Shown: one piece after another, positions 1-8,823 of the stretch
Layout of the letters: each line of letters starts with the position of its first letter
How positions within the stretch are numbered: the first letter of the stretch is position 1
Virus record (IMG/VR): IMGVR_UViG_3300037470_001284
Coordinates: 1 to 39,708 of that record
Reading direction: 5' to 3' (one strand)
Length of the DNA stretch: 39,708 nucleotides
Origin: a virus
Lineage: Duplodnaviria > Caudoviricetes
The notes under the pieces: model-generated
Database searches by the model: none
Seen by the model: the letters and a program-made list of their open reading frames with translations, nothing else
Told to the model about the DNA's origin: nothing
Translations under genes and position numbers: made by a program

Positions 1-504
1 ATGAAAGCATGTACAGTTTGCGGACTCCTTAAAGATGGCAGTGACTTTTATTTTAAGAACAAGGCAGCTGGTAAACTTCATTCTCAATGTAAGAACTGCT
101 ATACAGTCAAAAGAAAGTTATTTGCTGAGGAGCATTACAAAAAATATGGTGACGAGTATCGTTTAAGGACAAGACAGAGAAAAAGAGCCATTAAAAGATT
201 GCGTCAAGAGCAAATAATTGCTTATCTCAGAGATAAAAAGTGTGAAGTTTGTGGTTTTGCAGATATCAGGGCGCTAGATTTTGATCACATTGATCCACAG
301 ACAAAAAGGTTCGGAATTGCTCGCGCACTTACGAATTGTTACGCATGGGAAGAAATCGAGAAAGAGATTAAAAAATGTAGGATATTATGCGCGAACTGTC
401 ATAGAATAAGAACTGCTAAACAATTTAACTGGAGAAAATGGCACCTTGGCGGAGTGGTTACGCGGAGCTCTGCAAAAGCTCATACACCGGTTCGATTCCG
501 GTAG
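1..504 (+). CDS. HNH endonuclease-like zinc-binding protein
   Basis: CxxC pairs; CEVCG...LDFDHIDP...KCRILCANCHRIRT HNH motif; 3' end runs through tRNA-Cys. Confidence 0.75.
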   Translation: MKACTVCGLLKDGSDFYFKNKAAGKLHSQCKNCYTVKRKLFAEEHYKKYGDEYRLRTRQRKRAIKRLRQEQIIAYLRDKKCEVCGFADIRALDFDHIDPQTKRFGIARALTNCYAWEEIEKEIKKCRILCANCHRIRTAKQFNWRKWHLGGVVTRSSAKAHTPVRFR

Positions 505-513
505 GTGCCTCCA
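440..513 (+). tRNA. tRNA-Cys(GCA)
   Basis: GGCACCT/AGGTGCC acceptor stem, GAGCT-CT-GCA-AA-AGCTC anticodon arm, GGTTCGATTCC T arm, encoded CCA. Confidence 0.95.
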
Positions 514-535
514 ATTAAAGTGTAAATTTGAAAAT

Positions 536-621
536 GGGCGAGTGCTGGAATAGGTAGACAGTCGTGACTTAAAATCACGTGACCGATGGTCGTGAGGGTT
601 CGAGTCCCTCCTCGCCCACCA
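536..621 (+). tRNA. tRNA-Leu(TAA)
   Basis: GGGCGAG/CTCGCCC acceptor, CGTGA-CT-TAA-AA-TCACG anticodon arm, long variable arm, GGTTCGAGTCC, CCA. Confidence 0.95.
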
Positions 622-692
622 AAATTTGAGCAGTTAAACCACTTTGTGGTAAAGCGAAGGCAGACTAAGTTTAAAATTAAAAGAGGCAGCAT

Positions 693-1031
693 ATGGACGC
701 GCTACAGCTTGGCAAAAAGTATAATTTAGATGAAGTAGATAAACAGTTGGGTGAAAATTATTGGTCGCCTGTAGACGTAACTGAGATTAATGATTGGGTT
801 TTGCGGGCTGCAGCGGTAAAAGGAGAGTTCCACTGGCATACTCACGAGGATGATGAATTCTTTTTGGTATATAAAGGTAAGATTACTATTCAAACAAAAA
901 ACGGAGACGTTGAACTTTCGGAAGGCGAAGGCTACGTCGTGCCAAAAGGCGTAAGGCACTGCCCGATTGCTAAGGACAGGGCTGTAGTACTGCTGCTGGA
1001 GCCTAAAAAAGTAAATACAAAGGGTGATTAA
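693..1031 (+). CDS. Cupin domain protein
   Basis: GEFHWHTHEDDEFFLV...GEGYVVPKGVRHCP cupin motifs. Confidence 0.9.
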   Translation: MDALQLGKKYNLDEVDKQLGENYWSPVDVTEINDWVLRAAAVKGEFHWHTHEDDEFFLVYKGKITIQTKNGDVELSEGEGYVVPKGVRHCPIAKDRAVVLLLEPKKVNTKGD

Positions 1032-1076
1032 TCTAAATTGCGCGATCTAACCAAACCCAAGACGAGTTATTAGGAA

Positions 1077-1451
1077 TTAATCGGCCTGGCTGGCCATTTG
1101 TGCAAACTGATCGGCCTGGGCATTGAGATCATTAATGTGACTTATCTTTTCTCTAACCATGCGATCGACATTAGCCTTTTGTTCGTTTAAAGCGCGCTCA
1201 ATCTCTGCTTTCTCTTTCCGAAGCTCATCAATATTCCTCGTGATTGCAACTTTTAAATGATCGTCAAGCTCCCTGCTCAACAAAGCTGCACTTTTTCTTT
1301 GTATTTCATCTTCTATGCTTGATATCCGGCTTTTTATCTCCTGCTCATGAATGACGAGATCGCTTCTCATTTCGTCAGCCTCGCGCCTGCGCTCCTGAGC
1401 AGCGCTCCTTAGTTGTTCTGCAGCAATTTTTAGATGGGATCCTATAGGCAT
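1077..1451 (-). CDS. Hypothetical coiled-coil protein (start re-called at MPIGSH, 124 aa)
   Basis: Heptad-rich charged sequence; GGGG RBS-like sequence upstream; the longer ORF start crosses the tRNA fragment and terminators. Confidence 0.6.
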   Translation of the reverse strand: MPIGSHLKIAAEQLRSAAQERRREADEMRSDLVIHEQEIKSRISSIEDEIQRKSAALLSRELDDHLKVAITRNIDELRKEKAEIERALNEQKANVDRMVREKISHINDLNAQADQFAQMASQAD

Positions 1452-1550
1452 AATCGTCTGACCCCCTTTTTGGATTAGGTGCTGAAAGATTACCACGCTT
1501 GAACGCTTGGGTTCTGTTAGCAATTTAACAAGCGCAAGGGAGAGCCCTCC

Positions 1551-1588
1551 AAAAACAAAAAGCCCGCCTTGAGGCAGATTCTTTGTTT
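1551..1588 (-). terminator. Imperfect intrinsic terminator downstream of short tRNA-Val 3' remnant
   Basis: AAACAAA...TTTGTTT stem with T-run on the minus strand. Confidence 0.5.
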
Positions 1589-1607
1589 GGTGGATGATGA
1601 GGGACTC
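1588..1607 (-). repeat. Second, shorter copy of tRNA-Val 3' end (relic att site)
   Basis: TGGTGGATGATGAGGGACTC matches 1758-1777 at 19/20. Confidence 0.7.
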
Positions 1608-1721
1608 TACCTGCCGGAAAATGAAAAAAATTTGCCAGGGCAACCCCGCTCCTATGGTCGCGGGGCTAAAGGCGGGGATTGCCACCGGCAATCCCGTTCG
1701 AGCCCCAGCATAAACGCCTTG

Positions 1722-1759
1722 CAGCAAAAAAGGACTCCAAAGAGAATCCTTTTTTGCTG
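1722..1759 (-). terminator. Intrinsic terminator after tRNA-Val 3' fragment
   Basis: CAGCAAAAAAGGA...TCCTTTTTTGCTG inverted repeat. Confidence 0.7.
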
Positions 1760-1803
1760 GTGGGTGATGAGGGACTCGAACCCCCGACCCTCTCGGTGTA
1801 AAC
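1758..1803 (-). other. Prophage att site: 3' half of tRNA-Val(TAC)
   Basis: Minus strand GTTTACACCGAGAGGGTCGGGGGTTCGAGTCCCTCATCACCCACCA; no matching 5' half or D arm upstream; next to the integrases. Confidence 0.8.
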
Positions 1804-2010
1804 ACGGTGCTTGGCCTCTGTTGGCCGCGCACCACATTTGACCTTTAGGGGTCGGTGGTTCGAATTGTCCATGTGCACCCACGAATTTTTATTTTATCAT
1901 TCGAGGTTGCTTTCATACTACCAAAATTCGCTTCTAAAGTCAAGTTATATGCACAAAACCACCCTATGAGACGCTAAGTATAGCGTAGCTGCCACACTTA
2001 GCGCCCATAC

Positions 2011-2985
2011 CTAACCCCGATACACGCTTCGCCGGAAGTATTTGTGGTAATTTTCCTCGATATGCCGGTCCGTCAGCTGCAAGTACCGCATCGTGGTGTC
2101 GATATTCCGATGCCCTAGCAGTTTTTGCAGGGTACGCACGTCCATTCCGGCCCGCAGCGCAGTAATTGCGTAGGAGTGGCGCAGCTGGTGGGGATGCATG
2201 CCCTCAAGTCCGGCTTCCGCAAAGCGGGCTTTTATGCGATCTCGCACCGCACACTTGCCGTATTTGAAGTTTGGATGGTTGTAGTGGTGCTGGATCGGCT
2301 GGAACAGGTACTCTTTGCCCGATCGGTACTCTTCGTGCATGTGGCCGGCCAGAGCATCAGCCAGACCGGAAGTGATAAACACCACCCGGTCCTGTTCGCC
2401 TTTGCCGCGCACCTGAACCTCTGAGCCTCGTACATCGTCGCAGGCCAAGCTGACCAGCTCACCGATGCGTACGCCACTCTCGTACAGCGTGGCGATCATC
2501 AGGCCATCCTGTTTGACTTTGCACTGACTGACGACTCCGGCGATTTCTTCGGCCGTAAAAGTCTCAATGCGCGGAGCTGGCACGGCCACCCTCCGCACCA
2601 TCGACCAGTCGAACTGCATCTCAACGTCATGGTAGGTCTGGCAAAACCAGAAGTACGAGCGCAGGATTTGCCGCTCAGCCTGAATTGTCGCCGGCTTTTT
2701 GTCTACGCCCCGGGCAATAAGGTGCTCGTCGACCATTTGAATGGTGAGCTTGCGTACATCACTTATGCCGAAGGTATCGAAGAAAGCCATCAGAATGTAC
2801 TTGCGGTTTTTGTACGTAGACACCGCCACGTTCTCGACCTTTTCGATATACACCAGATAGCGTTTCAGCAACTGGTGCGGATCCACTACCAGCGGTTGTT
2901 TGGTTTTTGGTTTGGTCACTTGGTACCGGGCTGCGACTGCCTTGGGGCCAAGCTTCGTTGGGTTCAACAAAACTGCGTTAGACAC
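2011..2985 (-). CDS. Tyrosine recombinase/integrase (XerC/D-like)
   Basis: SGVRIGE, VRGKG, HPHQLRHSYA, LGH...TTMRY catalytic residues. Confidence 0.93.
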   Translation of the reverse strand: MSNAVLLNPTKLGPKAVAARYQVTKPKTKQPLVVDPHQLLKRYLVYIEKVENVAVSTYKNRKYILMAFFDTFGISDVRKLTIQMVDEHLIARGVDKKPATIQAERQILRSYFWFCQTYHDVEMQFDWSMVRRVAVPAPRIETFTAEEIAGVVSQCKVKQDGLMIATLYESGVRIGELVSLACDDVRGSEVQVRGKGEQDRVVFITSGLADALAGHMHEEYRSGKEYLFQPIQHHYNHPNFKYGKCAVRDRIKARFAEAGLEGMHPHQLRHSYAITALRAGMDVRTLQKLLGHRNIDTTMRYLQLTDRHIEENYHKYFRRSVYRG

Positions 2986-3012
2986 TGTTATCTCTCTTTC
3001 TCCACCACCCGG

Positions 3013-3861
3013 TTAAGCCGTTACCGGCATATATTTTTGGTAAGTCGTACTGAGCTGGTTATCCATCAGGTGCAGATAGTTCTCGGTAATGGACACGCTG
3101 GAATGACCCATGAGCTCTTTTATCACCATCGTAGGCGCTCCGCGGTCCAATAGCGTCGTTCCAAACGAATGGCGAAGCGAATGCGGGTAGAAGTTTTTAT
3201 ACCCTGATCTGTAGAATGGCTGGCGCATGATGCGGCGGACTTGATCAATGCTCAACGGTTCACTAGGATTTATAGGCGACGGAAAGACATATGCTGTGAT
3301 GCCGTGCTCAGTGATCCATTTGTGCAGAAGCTTGCCAGTAGGTTGTGTAACGAACGTCTGGCGCAATTTTCTGCCTTTGCCGATTATCCTGATCGCGCAT
3401 CCGCATATGTTTTCCGCGTTTAGATTTGCTACCTCACTAATCCGCATTCCCGAGTCGAAGGCAAGGGATATCAGCAACCGCTCTCTGGTAGATGAACGGC
3501 GCTTGGCCCTGGCTATTTCATCAGGAGTAAAAAACACCCTCCGCGGCGGATCCTCCTCAACCTTGGGTATCAAGGCGATGCGGATTGCCAAAGGGTAGTC
3601 CATATCTTTCAAGAACCTGAGCATTGCGATGACGTGGGCTGTCCGGGTGTTTACGCTCCTGCCACTAACACCTCGCCGCAATTGCTCTTCGATCCAACTG
3701 TTGTAGCGTTTATTCGTTAGATCGCTAATCGTGTTTATTTTGGTCGCTTGCTTGAAAGTTTTTAGAATGTATTGTTTACTTCTCATCGTCTGAACTGTCA
3801 TCCGACGGTTGTAAAGGCAATAATTCAAGTACTCACCCACCTGTTTATCTATGGGCTTCAT
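3013..3861 (-). CDS. Tyrosine recombinase/integrase (XerC/D-like), second copy
   Basis: SGMRISE, IIGKG, PHSLRHSFG, MGH...ITENY; start re-called at MKPIDK. Confidence 0.93.
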   Translation of the reverse strand: MKPIDKQVGEYLNYCLYNRRMTVQTMRSKQYILKTFKQATKINTISDLTNKRYNSWIEEQLRRGVSGRSVNTRTAHVIAMLRFLKDMDYPLAIRIALIPKVEEDPPRRVFFTPDEIARAKRRSSTRERLLISLAFDSGMRISEVANLNAENICGCAIRIIGKGRKLRQTFVTQPTGKLLHKWITEHGITAYVFPSPINPSEPLSIDQVRRIMRQPFYRSGYKNFYPHSLRHSFGTTLLDRGAPTMVIKELMGHSSVSITENYLHLMDNQLSTTYQKYMPVTA

Positions 3862-4035
3862 GGTGAAAATTCCCTCTCTCCCCACCTTTTAAGACTGATA
3901 GACCCACCTTTTGATCTACCGAGCGCTCGAAAGAAAGGCATATAGCCATTTCACCAATTGGTAACCTTAACTATAATCTGTTAGGGTGATAGACCAAACC
4001 ATAACCAGCTTAGTTTTGCAAGTGAGCGTCGGCCT

Positions 4036-4209
4036 ATTTTTTTGTATTACTACTAAGTCTTATTTCTTATATATATATAGCGAGTGCCAATTCGCACTAT
4101 GGTTCAGAGGTCGGGCATCGTGCCAATTCGCACTATGAAAAAGGCGTTTACCACAGGTTTCTACACAGAAATCGGGCAGTTCTCCACAGAAAACATGACG
4201 TTATCCACA
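4036..4209. other. Putative replication origin: AT-rich tract, two 18-bp direct repeats, DnaA-box cluster
   Basis: GTGCCAATTCGCACTATG at 4084 and 4120; perfect TTATCCACA at 4201; variants at 4147, 4159, 4180; (TA)n tract at ~4068-4079. Confidence 0.6.
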
Positions 4210-4273
4210 AGCACTTTGCGATAGAAAAGCCCAGTCTGTTACAACTGGGCTAGAGATCCCCACCAAAAGCGAG

Positions 4274-4594
4274 CTAGAGTTTGGCAAAATCAATAACAAT
4301 CCGAAACCTTATAGCAGGCCTCAGCCCGCCACGGATCGGCTCAGTTTCGATTATCCCTTTCTTTTCCAATATCTCCCTGATGCGGCGCTGCTGATAACGG
4401 CTCAGGCCAGTGTCATTTTCAAGTTCGGTAGAGTCTTTGGTGATCCAGCCGTCAGTATCGGCATGGTGGCGCTCGTAAAACTGCAATTGAGCATAGAAAT
4501 AACCGGCCTGTACGTTGCCGTCAAGCATGCGTACAACCTCAGGAGAGACCGGAATGGCCTGCTTAGAGCGAAGCCTCACCCGTTCTCTACCCAT
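4274..4594 (-). CDS. Winged-helix DNA-binding protein resembling the N-terminus of phage replication initiators
   Basis: GWITKDSTELENDTGLSRYQQRRIREILEKKGII pattern; start re-called at MGRER. Confidence 0.6.
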   Translation of the reverse strand: MGRERVRLRSKQAIPVSPEVVRMLDGNVQAGYFYAQLQFYERHHADTDGWITKDSTELENDTGLSRYQQRRIREILEKKGIIETEPIRGGLRPAIRFRIVIDFAKL

Positions 4595-4690
4595 CAAATA
4601 CCCTCGCTTTAGTGAGGCTGTCCTAAAAGCAAGCAGCCTCAAACCATTTATTGGCTGAGACTGCTTTTATCACTCCGGAAAATTACTGTC

Positions 4691-4719
4691 AGTATAGCAT
4701 ATAAGAGATGGTTTTACAA
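4691..4719 (-). promoter_or_regulatory. Sigma70 promoter for the wHTH gene
   Basis: TTGTAA-17 bp-TATACT with TG extension, followed by a leader hairpin at ~4625-4668. Confidence 0.65.
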
Positions 4720-4729
4720 TATGCAGCCT

Positions 4730-4748
4730 AATAATCCTTACACGGCAT
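4730..4748 (+). repeat. Shufflon crossover site 1
   Basis: AATAATCCTTACACGGCAT. Confidence 0.9.
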
Positions 4749-5117
4749 TTAGCAGAAGCGTTCTTTAGGGGGCGTTTGCAAGCCGATACTACCGATTCTG
4801 TCTTTACCGGGTATATGCTTCAAATGGGCTGGGGACAGATTGCAGGTAATGGTGGTGCCGTAGTTTCTGAAACGGTTACATTTGACGAGGAATTTTCAGC
4901 CACTCCCGTAATAATAATGAGCTTAGTAGGTAAAGATTCGACTCCACCAGCTACAGTGATAGACGACCTTTCCGAAACCACTGCCGCAATTTACGTACCA
5001 CGAGCATTATCCCCTACGGCTTCAAACTTTTCAGCCGAAATAAGAATAGAAGGAGGTGCTTCGCTAAACGCCTCACACAACTATGGCTACTTTTGGCTGG
5101 CGATAGGAGCTGTCTAA
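4731..5117 (+). other. Silent C-terminal cassette A (128 aa; gp53/H-type-lectin-like tail fibre tip domain)
   Basis: Frame opens IILTRHLAEAFFRGRLQADT...; LQMGWG...VTFDEEFSATP...YFWLAIG; no convincing start of its own. Confidence 0.8.
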
Positions 5118-5154
5118 AGAACTAATGATGTATGAGGTGTAATGGTTTATCCCT

Positions 5155-5673
5155 CTAGTCGCACCCGAATACGATTATTCTCGAACCCGCAGCAAAGTTA
5201 TTTGCGCTCGTCATTGCGTCAATGTGTGTTATCTGCCCTGAGTCGGCCCATGTTCCCGAACCTCCATCGGGTAACGCTGGTGCAGACTCTACGCCAGTAG
5301 CTCCACGTATACACCTTGAAAATGTACGTTTGTTGATTGTCTCGAAGTTATTTATGTCTACGATGACATCCGCTATCGTTGTTGAAGCTAATAGGGCTTG
5401 AAGAAGTCGTTGCGGTTGTCCTAACACGGCTGGTGGTGTTAGCGTCAGTTGCATCAACACGCCATGCATAGTTATTGGTAGGTCAATGTGACCCGCCCCC
5501 GTGAGCTGCGCCACTATAACTATTATCAAGAATTTTACGGCCGGGAGGTCTGGTATTGACATAGTAGACTCGCTCCCAGGCGACGTATAGGTAGCTAGTT
5601 TCCGGAATGTGGAGTCGCTTGCTAACTTCCCCGCCTCTACTGAGCCGTCTGCATAATGCCTTGTAAGGATTAT
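5155..5673 (-). other. Silent C-terminal cassette B (172 aa, beta-rich)
   Basis: Frame opens IILTRHYADGSVEAGKLASD... and is continuous with ORF 5155-5562. Confidence 0.8.
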
Positions 5674-5674
5674 T
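5656..5674 (-). repeat. Shufflon crossover site 2
   Basis: AATAATCCTTACAAGGCAT (1 mismatch); 38/39 bp identity with the site 3 region. Confidence 0.88.
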
Positions 5675-5685
5675 CAGTGGCTCGC

Positions 5686-5738
5686 TGTTATAATAGGGGT
5701 AATGACGCGGTTGCATTGAAGCAGCCGTGTTTTTATTT
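5686..5738 (+). promoter_or_regulatory. Late-type promoter plus leader hairpin (copy 1)
   Basis: TGTTATAAT, then ACGCGGTTGC-ATTGAA-GCAGCCGTGT-TTTTATTT. Confidence 0.7.
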
Positions 5739-5749
5739 GAAAGGATCCT

Positions 5750-6358
5750 ATGGGTAGCCGAGATAGAGATGTTAGAAACTACGCAGTACCGGTTCGCGGT
5801 GCGATTTGGGGCCACAATTATAACGATCTGACTGAGAATAACCTGCAGGCTGGCTCCTGGACGTCGTTTAACGGCGGTGGCCATAGCGACATCGCACCGT
5901 TTTTCTTTGATTATCGAATAGGTTTTGGTAGTTTTGAAAGCCCGACGCCGGCCAAGATATGCCCGATCAGGATACTGCAGTCTCACTTTGGCGAAGTTGT
6001 GGAGTGCTTTGTTGATTTGCGCATGGTAGTTGCTAGCGGCGACTCAGATCTTACATTGAAACTAGCTGTAGGTCGCTTTGAGCCCGACAGTCTCAATAGG
6101 GTGATGAATTACACAAACGAAGAAATAAAACAGTCGTGGCGCATTATACGAGGTTCTGACACGCCTTTGAGTGTTGCCGACGGTGTCATTATGGCTGACG
6201 TTATAAATCTGCTGCCGGCCATTCCCAAATACGGCGACCCAGAGCACAGAGAAGACGCTTTTGTCCTGATCTTGGCATTCAATAAAGTGCCGACTATCAC
6301 CGGAGACTTTAAGTTTGAGTATCTGAATATCCATAACAGCGTAACAGGGGTACTATAA
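5750..6358 (+). CDS. Hypothetical protein (possible virion protein)
   Basis: 202-aa ORF with AAGGA RBS behind a late-type leader. Confidence 0.7.
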   Translation: MGSRDRDVRNYAVPVRGAIWGHNYNDLTENNLQAGSWTSFNGGGHSDIAPFFFDYRIGFGSFESPTPAKICPIRILQSHFGEVVECFVDLRMVVASGDSDLTLKLAVGRFEPDSLNRVMNYTNEEIKQSWRIIRGSDTPLSVADGVIMADVINLLPAIPKYGDPEHREDAFVLILAFNKVPTITGDFKFEYLNIHNSVTGVL

Positions 6359-6909
6359 TGGCGGAATCACGGCGACAAAAGGGATTCCCGGTAGGTCAGA
6401 TCAAAGGCTCAGATTGGGCTTGGGAGCCAGGCTGCGGCGGCGTCGGCGGCGATGGCGCCTGCATACCGGCGGCCGACTTCCGATACCTATACTGGGAAAT
6501 AAAAGTAAACCCATTCTCGCGCTTCAATAAGTTTTTACTGCTCCACAATGACTTCTTCCAGGTTCGGGCCGATGATGGCCCGGCAGAGGGCTGCGACCAC
6601 ACATCAGGCACTCAGGTTGCCTTTGATTTGCTGCTGAGTTACAAGGCACCTGTAAATGATGTGCTCGATCCTGAAATGGTCACTGGCGGCATAACAGTGC
6701 CAAATGACGTTACGTTGCCTTACGATCTAGAGTTTTTGGGGTCCGAAGTCGAGGGCGAAAACATGATACCGCAGCCGATCAGTTCTGACTACGAGCGGAA
6801 AATATGGGCGGTGGTTGATATGTATCAGACAGGCCACATGATAAACGGCCTGCCGGCTAACTCTAGAGTAATGGATACGAGTGATATTGACTGGGAGGGT
6901 CACCCATGA
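6358..6909 (+). CDS. Hypothetical protein
   Basis: 183 aa, translationally coupled (TAATG). Confidence 0.7.
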   Translation: MAESRRQKGFPVGQIKGSDWAWEPGCGGVGGDGACIPAADFRYLYWEIKVNPFSRFNKFLLLHNDFFQVRADDGPAEGCDHTSGTQVAFDLLLSYKAPVNDVLDPEMVTGGITVPNDVTLPYDLEFLGSEVEGENMIPQPISSDYERKIWAVVDMYQTGHMINGLPANSRVMDTSDIDWEGHP

Positions 6910-7418
6910 GCAGAACACGACATCAAGAGTTTACTTATCAGTATAAAAACACCAGTGTTAATAACGCCGGTTTCTGTGGTTTTAACCCACGAAACCGTAT
7001 TTACATGCCAGCAGAATTGATAGAAATCAAGAGTTTATGGGTTCATATTTGGGCGCAGTATGACGTTTCTACTCCAGTAGAGCGCAGGCGATTAGACTGG
7101 GTGGGTGGTCAACCTCAAGTAAAAACAGTGCCAAACCCAGACTTCCCAGGATTTACCACGCTCGCGCCAGCTGAGGAGCAGCCAAATATGATATACATTG
7201 GCCAAGAAGCCGACGAGAACCGATACGTTGATGTGAAGGTCGACCTGACACGTATCCTCGACAAAATACCGGTTAATGAAGGAGGATTCGCTTTTTCACA
7301 ACCGTTTATTGATGTCCATGTCGTCAATAATGGCCTGTTAGCCGCATCAGAATATAGCGCAGGAGTAATTTTATTATGGAAAACAGACTTCACTTATACT
7401 ACCCGGGGAATACAGTAA
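6906..7418 (+). CDS. Hypothetical protein
   Basis: 170 aa, ATGA overlap with the previous gene. Confidence 0.7.
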   Translation: MSRTRHQEFTYQYKNTSVNNAGFCGFNPRNRIYMPAELIEIKSLWVHIWAQYDVSTPVERRRLDWVGGQPQVKTVPNPDFPGFTTLAPAEEQPNMIYIGQEADENRYVDVKVDLTRILDKIPVNEGGFAFSQPFIDVHVVNNGLLAASEYSAGVILLWKTDFTYTTRGIQ

Positions 7419-7486
7419 AAGCGCCACATCCAGGCAGGAAGCGAAAGCGTAAGATTTCACGCCAGCCAAAGGAGCGGCCACTGTAC

Positions 7487-7792
7487 ATGACCAAAGCCTT
7501 GCCACACGTTAAAAAGACCGTGGCAACTAGTAAATGCGTATGGTGTGATTATCCTTTTGGGCAATATATGGTGGTTTGTCTGCACTGTTTCAACTGCCAG
7601 TACTGCGGCTTTTTGTCTAAAGGCAATATGGGTCACTGTATGAACTGCGATAACCAGGTTAACGACGAAATAGCCAACACGGGCCAAGTCTTGAGAGCTC
7701 AAAAACAGGCCGAAGGCTTGCGTACTGGCAAGATGCGACCCCACTTCTATAAAAAAGGTCACAGAAAGCGGCGTGTATCTAGAATCCGTTGA
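7487..7792 (+). CDS. Basic zinc-ribbon protein (four CxxC); start uncertain
   Basis: CVWC, CLHC, CQYC, CMNC; AAGGAG upstream; stop codon abuts site 3. Confidence 0.6.
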   Translation: MTKALPHVKKTVATSKCVWCDYPFGQYMVVCLHCFNCQYCGFLSKGNMGHCMNCDNQVNDEIANTGQVLRAQKQAEGLRTGKMRPHFYKKGHRKRRVSRIR

Positions 7793-7810
7793 ATAATCCT
7801 TACACGGCAT
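7792..7810 (+). repeat. Shufflon crossover site 3
   Basis: AATAATCCTTACACGGCAT. Confidence 0.9.
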
Positions 7811-8218
7811 TATGCAGACGGCTCAGTAATCCCCGCTAAAAGAAGTGGCGGGGTCGCTATACACATATTATCAGGAGCCTCTGACCTCAATACTACGGGC
7901 GAGAAGGAGGTTACAGGGGCAGGTTTCGCCCCTTTATCAGTCGAGTTTTTCGTACTTCCAACCGCCTCAACAACTGCGTCAATCTTAGGTTTTGGCGCTA
8001 TGACTGCTAGTGCTCAATTCTATGTAACTGGTGCTTCCTCTTCCGCCCCAGCTTTCGGTCGTAACAGCTCTAGCTCTTCGTGTATCGGATTTGTAATACC
8101 GGGTTCTTCAACCCCAACCCTACTTTGCTCACGTGTCAGCATGGACGAAGATGGATTCACTATAAATGTAGACTCAGCCTCAAGTTCTTTCAATGTGGCT
8201 TGTGTAATGCGCCGCTAA
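7793..8218 (+). other. Silent C-terminal cassette C (141 aa, beta-rich)
   Basis: Frame opens IILTRHYADGSVIPAKRSGG...TTGEKEVTGAGFAP... and is continuous with ORF 8000-8218. Confidence 0.8.
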
Positions 8219-8410
8219 AGGACTAACTGTGACAGAACTATCCGAACTGGCCCCAAACGTAGCAATCGTAGCCTTTTTTTGGGTTTTTTGTGGAAGGCTG
8301 GCACAAAGTTAGTAGAGCCATTGTGCTCGTGCTAAAATTAGAGTAAACGTGTGTTCTGTGCCGGGCCATTCAGGTGCTCCCGGCGCTGAGCACATGTTGT
8401 TGTAAATCTG

Positions 8411-8469
8411 TGATATAATAAGCATTAGCGAACGCGGTTACGGAAGTAGCCGCGTTTTTTATTTGCAAA
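8411..8469 (+). promoter_or_regulatory. Late-type promoter plus leader hairpin (copy 2, lysis operon)
   Basis: TGATATAAT, then AACGCGGTTAC-GGAA-GTAGCCGCGTT-TTTT. Confidence 0.75.
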
Positions 8470-8504
8470 TATAAATTAATTAATAGGGTACAAAGCAGTG
8501 AGGG

Positions 8505-8813
8505 ATGGCCAAAGAAGACATGGAACACACGACTCCAACCAAGGATGAAATCAAGCTTATCATCGACAACTCGCTTCTCGAACTTGAGAAGCGTATGACT
8601 AAAAGCCTTGGCGAATCGTTATCTGAGCAAAACAGGATGTATATGGACAACATTCTGTCGCTATCTGAAAGGGTTACAAAGATTGAAAGCCGGCAAGACC
8701 GGCAAGACGAAAGAATTAAAGGTTTCAAGGGTCTGATCGCAACGATTGCGGCCGCATCGAGCGTAGTAGCAGGTTTTTTAGGGTTTTTAATAAGCCAAAT
8801 AACTCAAAGATAA
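8505..8813 (+). CDS. Holin-like/coiled-coil protein with C-terminal transmembrane helix
   Basis: Coiled coil followed by GLIATIAAASSVVAGFLGFLI; directly upstream of the endolysin. Confidence 0.6.
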   Translation: MAKEDMEHTTPTKDEIKLIIDNSLLELEKRMTKSLGESLSEQNRMYMDNILSLSERVTKIESRQDRQDERIKGFKGLIATIAAASSVVAGFLGFLISQITQR

Positions 8814-8823
8814 GGAGGCACCT

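Noticed and set aside
1452-1835. N-terminal half of ORF 1077-1835
   Set aside because: Crosses the tRNA fragment and two terminators; the real start is more likely 1451
1758-1882. Complete tRNA-Val gene
   Set aside because: Only the anticodon loop to CCA matches; no 5' acceptor strand or D arm is present, so it is an att fragment
4776-8218. ORF-track genes 4776-5117, 5155-5562 and 8000-8218 as independent genes
   Set aside because: Each frame extends upstream exactly to the IILTRH site and lacks a good RBS, so they are better read as silent cassettes
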